Shown piece after piece: positions 27,550 to 35,879 of a stretch of 50,839 nucleotides of DNA (positions are counted from its first letter, which is position 1; each line of letters opens with the position of its first letter). The position numbers and the translations under genes were made by a program. The stretch lies in the NCBI GenBank assembly GCA_963734535.1, contig CAVTHS010000013.1, forward strand, positions 1 through 50,839, read 5' to 3'. The DNA is from an uncultured Chloroflexia bacterium. Its GTDB lineage: Bacteria > Chloroflexota > Limnocylindria > Limnocylindrales > CSP1-4. Under the pieces are notes generated by a model. It was not told where the DNA came from. It did not search any database and saw only the letters and a list, made by a program, of their open reading frames with translations.

Positions 27550-29843
27550 GTGATCCGCGTCTACGACTGCGACCACCACCACGACCTTTCCTTCGCCGAT
27601 GTCAAACGGCTGGTTGGGGGCAAGGCCGCCAACCTGGCGGTGATGGCGGTCGACCTCGGGCTGCCCGTGCCACCGGCGTTCACGATCACGACGGCGGCCT
27701 GCAACGAGTACCTCGCGAGCGGCTGGCCGGACGGCCTCGACGCCGAGCTTCGTGAGCACATGGCGCGGATCGAGCGCCTCGTGGGCCGGCGCTTCGGCGG
27801 CCCGAGTGATCCGCTTCTCGTCAGCGTCCGGTCCGGCGCGCCCGTCTCCATGCCGGGGATGATGGACACGATCCTGAACCTCGGGCTGAACACGGAGACC
27901 ACCGCGGGGCTGGCGGCCGCGACGGGCAGCGAGGCATTCGCGGCCAACTGTCGGAAGCGCTTCGTCGCCATGTTCCGCGACATCGTCAGCGTGGAGGCGG
28001 TCCCGGAGGACCCCTGGGCCCAGCTCCGGGCGGCGATCGAGGCCGTCTTCCGCTCCTGGAACAGCGACCGGGCGCGCACCTACCGTGCGCGCGAGGGGAT
28101 CGCCGACGACCTTGGCACGGCCGTCACGGTCCAGGCGATGGTCTTCGGCAATCGCAGCGTCGACTCGGGGACCGGCGTCCTGTTCACGCGAAACCCGGCG
28201 ACCGGCGAACCCGCCCTCTACGGCGACGTCATGTTCAACGCCCAGGGCGAGGACGTCGTGGCCGGCACGCACCGGACCGAGCCGATCGCCATCCTCGACG
28301 AGCGCATGCCCGATGTCGGGCGCGAGCTCCAGGACTATGCGGCTCGCCTGGAGCGCCACCACCGCGACCTGTGCGACATCGAGTTCACGATCGAGCACGG
28401 CAAGCTGTGGATGCTGCAGTGCCGCGCCGGGAAGCGGAGCCCGCAGGCCGCCCTGCGGATCGCGGTGGACATGGCGGAGGACGCCGCGTTCCCGCTGACG
28501 CGCGCGGAGGCCGTGCACCGCGTGGCGGGCTTCCTCGCCGATCCCCCCATGATCAGCGTGGAGCGCGATCGCGAGGCGCCCGTGCTCGCCACGGGCCTTC
28601 CGGCCTCGCCGGGAATCGCGTGCGGCGAGATCGCGACCACGCCCGACGGCGCGGTGGCGGTCGCCGAGGCGGGCCGGCCCGTGATCCTGGTCCGGGCGGA
28701 GACCTCGCCGGACGACGTCCACGGGATGGCGCGCTCGGTCGGGATCCTCACGTCGTGTGGCGGCCTCGCAAGTCATGCCGCGGTCGTCGCCCGCGGCTGG
28801 GGCATTCCGGCCGTCGTGGGCGCGGCTGCCGTCCACGTGGCGGGCGACGTCGTGACGATCGGCGATCGGACGTTCCGCGCCGGCGACACGATCGCCATCG
28901 ACGGGGGCACCGGCGAGGTCTTCGCCGGCACGATCGCGGGTGCACGCGAACCGGTGCCCGAAGCGGCGACGCTGCGCGCCTGGGCCGCCGAGCTCGGCAT
29001 CCCGATCGGCCACGCCGACTCCGCCGACCCTGGCGCCGCCGGGCCCGGAGCCGTTGCCGGCGACGAAGCGCCATCGGCGCCGCAGTGCCATCCGGCGCTG
29101 CAATGCCATCCGGCGCCGAAGCGCCATCCGGCGCCGCAATGCCATCCGGCGCCGAAGCGCCATCCGGCGCCGCCGGGCCCGGAGCCGTTGCCGGCGACGA
29201 AGCGCCATCCGGCGCCGCAGCGGCGGCGACCGCGGACGACGTCCTGCGGGCACTGCTCGTGAAGGGCTATGCGACACCCGGCGCCGTCGCGACGGCGCTC
29301 CGTTCGACGCCCGCGGAGATGGCCGCCGTGCTGGACCGGCTCGTCGCGGACGGCCTCGCGGAGATCGCCGCGGGCTTGTTCCGCCTGACCGCCGACGGCA
29401 AGGCCGTCGGCCGCGAGCGGATCGCCCTCGATACGGAGCGGTGGGGGATCGCCAACGCGACGGCCGCCCTCGATGCCTTCCTCGCACTCGATGCCCGGAT
29501 GAAGGGAACCGCCACCGCCTGGCAGATGCGCGACGTCGACGGCACCCAGACGTTCAACGACCACGCCGACGCGGCATACGACGCGAGGGTGCTGGGTGAT
29601 CTCGCGGCGCTCCACGCAGACGCGTCCACGTGGCTCCGCCCGCTCGTCACGGGACTACCCCGCCTCGCGGCGTACCTCGAGCGCCTCGAGCGAGCCGCGG
29701 CTGCAGCGGGTACCGGAGACGGCCGTTTCGTGGCGTCGCCGCGCGTCGACAGCTACCACGGCGCCTGGTTCGAGCTGCACGAGGACCTGATCCTCCTCGC
29801 CGGCCGCAACCGGGCCGACGAGGTTGCCGCCGGGCGCGCCTGA
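27550..29843 (+). CDS. PPDK-like protein (ATP-grasp plus phospho-His domains, no pyruvate-binding barrel) fused via a repeat linker to a wHTH/Rv1126c-like domain; frameshift at ~29075
   Basis: GGKAANL, PLLVSVRSGA.VSMPGMMDTILNLG, DIEFTIE.GKLWMLQ, GGLASHAAVVARGWG; second frame ends in FNDH.D..YD..DSYH..WFELHEDLI; one C missing in the first ccatc(c)ggcg repeat unit. Confidence 0.8.
29032..29222 (+). repeat. Intragenic repeat linker: 18-bp tandem units (xxPSGA) flanked by a 44-bp direct duplication
   Basis: (t/c)gccatccggcgc(c/t)g(c/a)a(a/g) repeated ~6x; ggcgccgccgggcccggagccgttgccggcgacgaagcgccatc at 29032 and 29166. Confidence 0.9.
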
Positions 29844-29931
29844 CCGGGGGCCGGCGCGGGTCTGCCCACCCGTGGGGCGACGGCTCCAGCCTCGGCGCGA
29901 ACCGCCGCGATTGCGACCTCCGTGACCCGGA

Positions 29932-30807
29932 TCAGCGCGCAGGCGCAGCCTGGGGACGCGTGAGCTTGTCGTAGAGCGACGCGGCGTTCAGCGTCTGGAT
30001 GTGGTCCATCATGTAGCCCTGCCCGATGTCGACCGGGCCGAAGCGATCCCGGAAGTCAACCCGGGCGATCGTCTCCTCGCGGGTCCAGCCCTTGGCCACG
30101 GCGGCCGCCACGGCCGACTTCCACTCCAGCAGCACGGAGCGCTGCATGTCGAGGTAGGCCTTCGTCACGACGGGCCCGTGGCCCGGGATGACCCGATCGA
30201 CGTCAAGGGCCCTGATCCTGTCCAGCGCGACCAGCCACTGGTCGACGTCGGAGGTCATGAGCCAGGTCTGGCACCCCGAGAAGACCGTGTCGCCCGTGAA
30301 GACGACCCGCTCCTCGGGCACGTGGACCGCGAGCTGGCCGGGCGTGTGGCCAGGCGTGTGGAGGAGGCGGAACGTGTGGCCGCCGACGCGGAGCGTGAGG
30401 TCGCCGGTGAAAACGATCGTGCCCTTGTTCGGGTCCGCGTAGTACGTCTCCCGATCGGGCACGATCCTTGCGCCATCGGGATCATCGGTGGGGATCGCCT
30501 CGAGCGCATAGGCGTACGGGTCGAGGTCCGGCGTGACCACCATGAAGTTGTCGTAGACACCCTGGTGCTCCACGACGGCTCCGGCGCCCTTGAACCAGAA
30601 GTTGCCGAAGATGTGGTCGACGTGGTGCTCCGTGTTGATGAGATACCGGATCGGGCCGTGCTCCTCGGCCATCTTCCGCATCGCCACGGCCCGCGTCGGC
30701 AGCTGCGGGGTGTCGATGACGACGACGCCATCCGACGTCGTCACGAAGCTCGGGTTGCAGCCCCGCAGCTTCGTGGTGGTGTAGACGTTGGGTGTGACGT
30801 TCTCCAT
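29932..30807 (-). CDS. MBL-fold metallo-hydrolase
   Basis: VVIDTP, INTEHHVDHIFGN, PGHT, FTGD, IPGHG. Confidence 0.92.
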   Translation of the reverse strand: MENVTPNVYTTTKLRGCNPSFVTTSDGVVVIDTPQLPTRAVAMRKMAEEHGPIRYLINTEHHVDHIFGNFWFKGAGAVVEHQGVYDNFMVVTPDLDPYAYALEAIPTDDPDGARIVPDRETYYADPNKGTIVFTGDLTLRVGGHTFRLLHTPGHTPGQLAVHVPEERVVFTGDTVFSGCQTWLMTSDVDQWLVALDRIRALDVDRVIPGHGPVVTKAYLDMQRSVLLEWKSAVAAAVAKGWTREETIARVDFRDRFGPVDIGQGYMMDHIQTLNAASLYDKLTRPQAAPAR

Positions 30808-30828
30808 CGGAGGGGGGCTCCCTGTGGG

Positions 30829-31614
30829 CTACTGGGTGGCGGTCAGGCCGCCGTCGATTCCGAGGATCTGGCCCGTGACGAAGCGGGATGCGTCGGACGC
30901 GAAGAAGATGACCGCACCGGCCAGGTCGTCGGTGCCGCCCACTCGGCCGAGCGGGATGCGGGCGACGATGCCTGCCTTGAAGGCGGGGTCGTCGAGGAGC
31001 ATCGCGACCTGTGGCGTGTCCACGAATGTCGGGGAGATCGCGTTGACATTGATCCCGTGCTTGGCCCATTCGGTGGCCCATTGCCGCGTGAGCGAGCTGA
31101 TTGCGCCCTTCGCGGCCACGTACGCGGAATACCCGGCGTTGATCCCCAGGGCGGCGCGCACCGACGAGATGTTGATCACCCGGCCGCCATGCCCGGCCGC
31201 GATCATCGCGCGCACGGCGGACTGGGTCGCGAGGAGCGTGCTCCGGACGTTGAGCTCGTAGATCCAGTCCCATGCGTCCCTGGGATACTCCTCGGCGTTG
31301 AAGAGAACCTTTCCGGCTCCTCCGCCGACGGCGTTGAGGACGATGTCGAGATGTCCGAACCGCTCGACCGTCGCGGCGACGATCCGGTCGCATTCGCCGG
31401 CGTCGGTCACGTCTGCCGCGAGCGCGAGCGCCTCGCCGCCGGCCCCGCGGATCTGCTCGGCGGCGACATCGGCCCGCTCCTGGGTCTGGTCGACGACCGC
31501 GACCTTCGCGCCGGCGCCCGCGAACGCGAGCGCCATCGCGGAGCCGATCGCGCCGCCACCGCCGGGCACCAGGGCGACGCGCCCCTCGAGGCCGAAGAGG
31601 TCCTGCTGGCTCAT
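30829..31614 (-). CDS. Short-chain dehydrogenase/reductase (sugar-acid dehydrogenase-like)
   Basis: PGGGGAIG, INISS, YVAAK, VNAISP, FVTGQ...DGG; AAAGGA SD. Confidence 0.92.
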   Translation of the reverse strand: MSQQDLFGLEGRVALVPGGGGAIGSAMALAFAGAGAKVAVVDQTQERADVAAEQIRGAGGEALALAADVTDAGECDRIVAATVERFGHLDIVLNAVGGGAGKVLFNAEEYPRDAWDWIYELNVRSTLLATQSAVRAMIAAGHGGRVINISSVRAALGINAGYSAYVAAKGAISSLTRQWATEWAKHGINVNAISPTFVDTPQVAMLLDDPAFKAGIVARIPLGRVGGTDDLAGAVIFFASDASRFVTGQILGIDGGLTATQ

Positions 31615-31764
31615 GAGGCATCCTTTCGCAACGGGAGACCGGTCATCGCGGTGCTCGCGCCCGCCGTCGCGGCGAGATCGCGCTCCGTTTGCTGCCGCCC
31701 GAGGCGCGGCACGAGGGGAGCGCGACCCGTGTCACTCGACGTCCGGGGATCGCGCATTCCATAT

Positions 31765-31805
31765 CATCGATTATCGAGCATACTGCAGGACCGGATGGAG
31801 GTCAA
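31765..31805 (-). promoter_or_regulatory. sigma70 promoter with GntR-type operator 3 for the SDR-MBL unit
   Basis: Minus strand TTGACC-17bp-TATGCT (31805-31777); CATCGATTATCGA at 31765-31777. Confidence 0.75.
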
Positions 31806-31807
31806 CG

Positions 31808-33142
31808 CTGAACACGATCGATGGTACCGGCGCCGGGGCCGGGCGCACGCTCCTCACCGCCGAGCTGCTGGCGGTCGGAAGCGAGATCACGAGCGGCGAG
31901 ACGCATGACACGAACGGCGGCGAGCTGGCGCGCACGCTCGCCGTGCTCGGCGTCGACGTTCACCGGATCGTTGCTCTGCCCGATGACCTCGCCGCGGTCA
32001 CGGCCGCGTTCCGGGAGGCGCTCTCGTCGGTCGACCTGGTCGTGGCGACCGGGGGCCTCGGCCCGACGCCCGACGACCTGACGCGCGAGGCCGTGGCCGC
32101 CGCCGTCGGCGAGGTGCCCGTCATCGACCCCGTGCTGGAGCGGTGGCTTCGCCGCCTCTTCGCGAAGCGCGGCGTGCGCCTCGCCGAGGTCAACCTGAAG
32201 CAGGCATGGCGGATCCCGTCCGCCACGGCCATCCCCAACCCGAATGGGACTGCGCCCGGCTGGTGGGTCGATCGGCCGGACGGCCGCGTTGCCGTCCTCC
32301 TGCCAGGCCCGCCGCGCGAGATGCGCGCGATGTGGTCCGACTGGGTCCTGCCGCGCCTTCGCGAGCGAGGGATGGGGGATGGGCGGGTGGTGCGCACGCT
32401 GCGCACCTACGGGATCGGCGAGTCGCAGGTCGCGGAGATGCTGGGCGACGTGATGCTTCGGCGGGCGAACCCGGTGGTCGCCACGTATGCCCGCGCGGAC
32501 TGGCTGGACGTCCGGGTCAGCGCCGTGGACGAGCCCGCCGCCGGCGCTGCCGGCACCGCACCGGGTACCGGCCTCGGCGCCGCACCGGAAGCCGACAACG
32601 GGGCTCCGCCTGGAGCCGACGACGAGGTTCCGGGCCGACGCGCCGGGACAATCCTCGAGGAGACCGTGGCAACGCTTCGCGACATCCTGGCGGATCACGT
32701 CTGGGCCGAGGGCGAGACGACCTGGGCGGACCTCGTCGGCGTGGCGGCTGACCGGGCCGGGGTGCGCCTCGCCGTCGTCGAGGCGGGCACGACCGGAACG
32801 CTCGGCGCGCTGCTCGCCGAGGTTGCGGCGCTGGAGCGGGCGACATCGGCGGGACCCGGCGTCACCCCCGATCCGACCGAATGGCCGGTCGAGGCCGCTG
32901 CCGCCGATGCTGCCCGGGAGGCGGGGGTCGCGGTCGGCATCGCCCTCGTGGCGCGGACGATGCCGGGCGAGGGCACGCGCCTCCGCGTCGGGGTCGTCGT
33001 CCCGGGCGCCGACGTCTCACGGGCGCTGGACCTTCACCTCTTCCAGCACAGCGCGCACGGGCGCTTCCGGGCGGCGGTTGCTGCCGCCGCATTCGCGATC
33101 GAGGTCCTCCGGACGCTCGAGCCGGCGCCGGTGATCGGCTGA
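31808..33142 (+). CDS. cinA: CinA-like protein (MoCF-biosynthesis/pyrophosphatase domain plus degenerate PncC-like C-terminus)
   Basis: AELLAVGSEI..G...DTN, TGGLGPTPDDLTRE, N.NGTAPG, LPGPPREM, GIGES; start uncertain, CTG 31808 after GGAGG. Confidence 0.85.
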   Translation: MNTIDGTGAGAGRTLLTAELLAVGSEITSGETHDTNGGELARTLAVLGVDVHRIVALPDDLAAVTAAFREALSSVDLVVATGGLGPTPDDLTREAVAAAVGEVPVIDPVLERWLRRLFAKRGVRLAEVNLKQAWRIPSATAIPNPNGTAPGWWVDRPDGRVAVLLPGPPREMRAMWSDWVLPRLRERGMGDGRVVRTLRTYGIGESQVAEMLGDVMLRRANPVVATYARADWLDVRVSAVDEPAAGAAGTAPGTGLGAAPEADNGAPPGADDEVPGRRAGTILEETVATLRDILADHVWAEGETTWADLVGVAADRAGVRLAVVEAGTTGTLGALLAEVAALERATSAGPGVTPDPTEWPVEAAAADAAREAGVAVGIALVARTMPGEGTRLRVGVVVPGADVSRALDLHLFQHSAHGRFRAAVAAAAFAIEVLRTLEPAPVIG

Positions 33143-33150
33143 GCCCCGCC

Positions 33151-34374
33151 GTGCCAGCGTCCCAGCCCTCGCCAACGTCCGAGCCTTCGCACGAGCCCGG
33201 GCGGTCAACCTCGTCGAACCCGGTCCCGCTCGCTCCCGGCGCGGCGATCGGCATCCTGGGCGGCGGCCAGCTGGGACGGATGCTCGGGTTCGCAGCCCGA
33301 GCCATGGGCTACGGGATCGTGGTGCTCGACCCGGATCCGGCATGCCCGGCGGCCGCGATCGCGGATCGGGTCGTGGTCGGCGCGTACGACGATGCGCCCG
33401 CGGCCATGGAGCTCGCCGCGCTCGTCGACGTGGTCACCTACGAGCTGGAGCATGTGCATGCGGGCGTGGTGGGCGCGCTGGAGGCCCACGTCCCGGTCCG
33501 GCCCGGGCTGGTCGCGCTCCGCGTCACCCAGGATCGTCTCGCCGAACGCCGGTTCATCGCCGGGCTCGGGATCGCGACGGCACCCTGGCGCGAGGCCGCC
33601 GACGACGCGTCCCTGCACGCCGCGGCTCGCGAGCTCGGGTTCCCGCTCCGCCTCAAGGCGCCGTTCGGCGGATACGACGGGCGGAGCCAGGTTCGGATCG
33701 TTGACGCGGCCGGCCTGCCGGGAGCGCGTGGGCGGCTCGGACTGCCCGCCGGGACACCGCTCCTCGTCGAGGCAGAGGTCGATTTCGCGATGGAGCTCTC
33801 GGTCGTCGTGGCCCGCGGCCTCGACGGTGGGACGGCGGCGTACCCCGTCGGCCGGAACGTGCACGATGCCGGGGTCCTGGTCGAGTCCGTCGTGCCGGCA
33901 GGCGTGCCGGCCGAGGTCGCCGCCGCCGCACAGGCGCTCGCGGTCCGCATCCTGGGGGCCCTCGACGCGGTCGGGGTTGTCACGGTGGAGCTCTTCCTCC
34001 AGCGGGACGGCACGCTGGCGGTGAACGAGCTGGCCCCGCGCGTCCACAACAGCGGCCACTGGACCATCGAGGGCGCGCGCACGAGCCAGTTCGAGCAGCA
34101 CGTCCGCGCGATCTGCGGCCTCCCGCTCGGTGACCCGACCGCGTACGGGCCTACCGCGATGGTCAACCTGCTCGGATCGGGGGAGCCGCGCGAGGCAGTC
34201 CTGGCCGGTGTCGCGGACGCGCTCGCCGACCCCCTGGCGCACCTCCACGTCTACGCCAAGCACACCGTCTTCGAGCGACGGAAGATGGGCCACCTGACCG
34301 TGGCCGGGGCCGCGACGCCCGGCGAGGCGCTCATGCGTGCCCGGGCCGCCGCCGCACGCCTCCGATGGAAGTGA
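33151..34374 (+). CDS. purK: N5-CAIR synthetase PurK
   Basis: IGILGGGQLGRM, TYELE, GGYDGRSQ, NELAPRVHNSGHWT, SQFEQH.RA, RKMGH; start GTG 33151 or coupled CTG 33139. Confidence 0.95.
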   Translation: MPASQPSPTSEPSHEPGRSTSSNPVPLAPGAAIGILGGGQLGRMLGFAARAMGYGIVVLDPDPACPAAAIADRVVVGAYDDAPAAMELAALVDVVTYELEHVHAGVVGALEAHVPVRPGLVALRVTQDRLAERRFIAGLGIATAPWREAADDASLHAAARELGFPLRLKAPFGGYDGRSQVRIVDAAGLPGARGRLGLPAGTPLLVEAEVDFAMELSVVVARGLDGGTAAYPVGRNVHDAGVLVESVVPAGVPAEVAAAAQALAVRILGALDAVGVVTVELFLQRDGTLAVNELAPRVHNSGHWTIEGARTSQFEQHVRAICGLPLGDPTAYGPTAMVNLLGSGEPREAVLAGVADALADPLAHLHVYAKHTVFERRKMGHLTVAGAATPGEALMRARAAAARLRWK

Positions 34375-34907
34375 CCAGGCACGGCTCGCGCGTGCCATGT
34401 CCGGGGTGCGGCGCGCTCGTCCCGGACGTCGCGGGACCCACCCACGCGTACATCGGCGCGAGCCCCGGCTGCTGGGCGGCATGGGGGGAGTTCCAGGCGC
34501 GATCGTTCGCCAGTCCCGCTATTGCCGCGATCCAGCCCCTCGCCGTCGACGTGTATGCCGTCCAGCATCCCGGCCTCGCCGAGCGGCGCGCGATCCAGTC
34601 CGTCTGGGTGCACCTGGTGAGCCTGTGCCTGATTCTCGAGGCGGGACGCTCGCCCACGGACGGGATCCGGGCGAAGCAGCAGCTGCTCTCCGGGTCGAGG
34701 GCGTTCCTCCGGCTGGACCCTCCTGCCAGTTCGTACGCGATGACGGTGCTGGACGTGGCGTCCGTCGGGCAGGAGGCGGTCCCGCGCGAGGTACGCCGCT
34801 GGGCCGACGTCACCTGGGCGGCGTGGCGCGCTCACCACGCCGCGGTCCGGGAACGTGCGGAGGCGCTTGGCGCGACCTGGGGGGCACGTGCGGATCCGCC
34901 CCGATAG
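34371..34907 (+). CDS. Conserved hypothetical protein (DUF5946-like)
   Basis: CPGCG..HAYIGASPGCW..VDVYAVQHP..VHL.SLC motifs; GTGA coupling with purK; DUF number recalled, not searched. Confidence 0.7.
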   Translation: MTRHGSRVPCPGCGALVPDVAGPTHAYIGASPGCWAAWGEFQARSFASPAIAAIQPLAVDVYAVQHPGLAERRAIQSVWVHLVSLCLILEAGRSPTDGIRAKQQLLSGSRAFLRLDPPASSYAMTVLDVASVGQEAVPREVRRWADVTWAAWRAHHAAVRERAEALGATWGARADPPR

Positions 34908-34922
34908 CAGCGCGGCCGGCGA

Positions 34923-35522
34923 TCAGAGCTTCGGCTGCAGGGTCTTGATCAGGGTGATGGCGGCGTCATCCGACTGCAGGTCGGACACCGTGATCTGGAC
35001 GTTGCCGAACAGGGCATTCACGCCGAGGATCGACGAGAACGCCTTATCCCCGAGCCCATTGATCACCTTGGCATTCGAGTCGGCCTGCATGGCGCTGTCG
35101 AAGCCGGCGGCGGCATCGAGCGCCAGCACGCTGACTGTGACGCCCGACGTTCCGTCCGCGTTGCCGTAGTCGCATCCGTAGATCTTGTAGCCCGCGGTGT
35201 CGTCCTCCTTGGATACGGTGAGCGGCTCGCCGCTGATCGAGGCGACCGTGGCGACGGGGAGCAGGTCGCACACGTTGACCGGGTGACCGATGCCGTCGTT
35301 CACCGAACCGGCGCTGCCGGTGCCCGCCTGCGATGTGGCTCCTGCCGCCTGGCCGTTGGTCGAGGCGTTGCCTCCGGCCGAGGCAGCCGGTACCGCCGAT
35401 TGGGAGTCGTTGCTGGTGGGCGCCTGGGCCGTGGTGCCGCCCGCGGAGCTGCCCCCGCAGCCAGCGATCGCGAATGCGACGGTGACAAGGCCGATCGACA
35501 TGGTGATCACAGGGCGCTTCAT
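34923..35522 (-). CDS. Lipoprotein, paralog 1 (DUF3558-like)
   Basis: Lipobox AIAGC, Ser/Ala/Gly linker, VCDLL..C.Y..GLGDKAF; GGAGG SD. Confidence 0.8.
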   Translation of the reverse strand: MKRPVITMSIGLVTVAFAIAGCGGSSAGGTTAQAPTSNDSQSAVPAASAGGNASTNGQAAGATSQAGTGSAGSVNDGIGHPVNVCDLLPVATVASISGEPLTVSKEDDTAGYKIYGCDYGNADGTSGVTVSVLALDAAAGFDSAMQADSNAKVINGLGDKAFSSILGVNALFGNVQITVSDLQSDDAAITLIKTLQPKL

Positions 35523-35579
35523 GGTGTCCTCCGGTTGACTGGAGACATTCGAGCGGCCCGTCGAGCGGGCGCCACGGCG

Positions 35580-35612
35580 ACCATGGATCGACCCGATCGC
35601 ATCCCGATCGCA
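35580..35612 (-). promoter_or_regulatory. SARP-type promoter (two TGCGATC repeats, 11-bp period) for lipoprotein 1
   Basis: Minus strand TGCGATC-ggga-TGCGATC-9nt-CATGGT. Confidence 0.6.
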
Positions 35613-35637
35613 CGCCGATGGCCGCGACCCCCTCCCG

Positions 35638-35781
35638 CTACGGCACGGTCCACGTGGCCTGGTCGGTCGTCGCGGATCCGTCGATCTCGGCGCCCCCCAC
35701 GCGGACGCCGACGCTCGTGAAGGTGATGCCGGTGGGCACCGCGAACGCGTCGCTGCCGGTGCACCAGACCCCGGTCGGCAT
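35638..35781 (-). pseudogene. 47-codon 3' remnant of a lost minus-strand gene (not in ORF track)
   Basis: MPTGVWCTGSDAFAVPTGITFTSVGVRVGGAEIDGSATTDQATWTVP*; all but one sense codon end in G/C; no RBS. Confidence 0.55.
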
Positions 35782-35783
35782 TC

Positions 35784-35801
35784 TGCGATCGTCCTGCGAT
35801 C
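35784..35801 (+). promoter_or_regulatory. SARP-type repeat box upstream of lipoprotein 2
   Basis: TGCGATC-gtcc-TGCGATC. Confidence 0.6.
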
Positions 35802-35879
35802 GGCATGTGGTCGACTGCGAGCCAGCGATCGCGCCGCTGGGCTCGAAGCGCCGGCCTTCGACCGAAAGCGAGGAATGTG

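Noticed and set aside
29032-29222. Possible CRISPR or REP array
   Set aside because: Units are 18-bp codon-phase tandem repeats with no unique spacers and no cas genes; they encode a linker
27550-29262. Canonical gluconeogenic pyruvate phosphate dikinase
   Set aside because: The C-terminal pyruvate/PEP-binding barrel is absent
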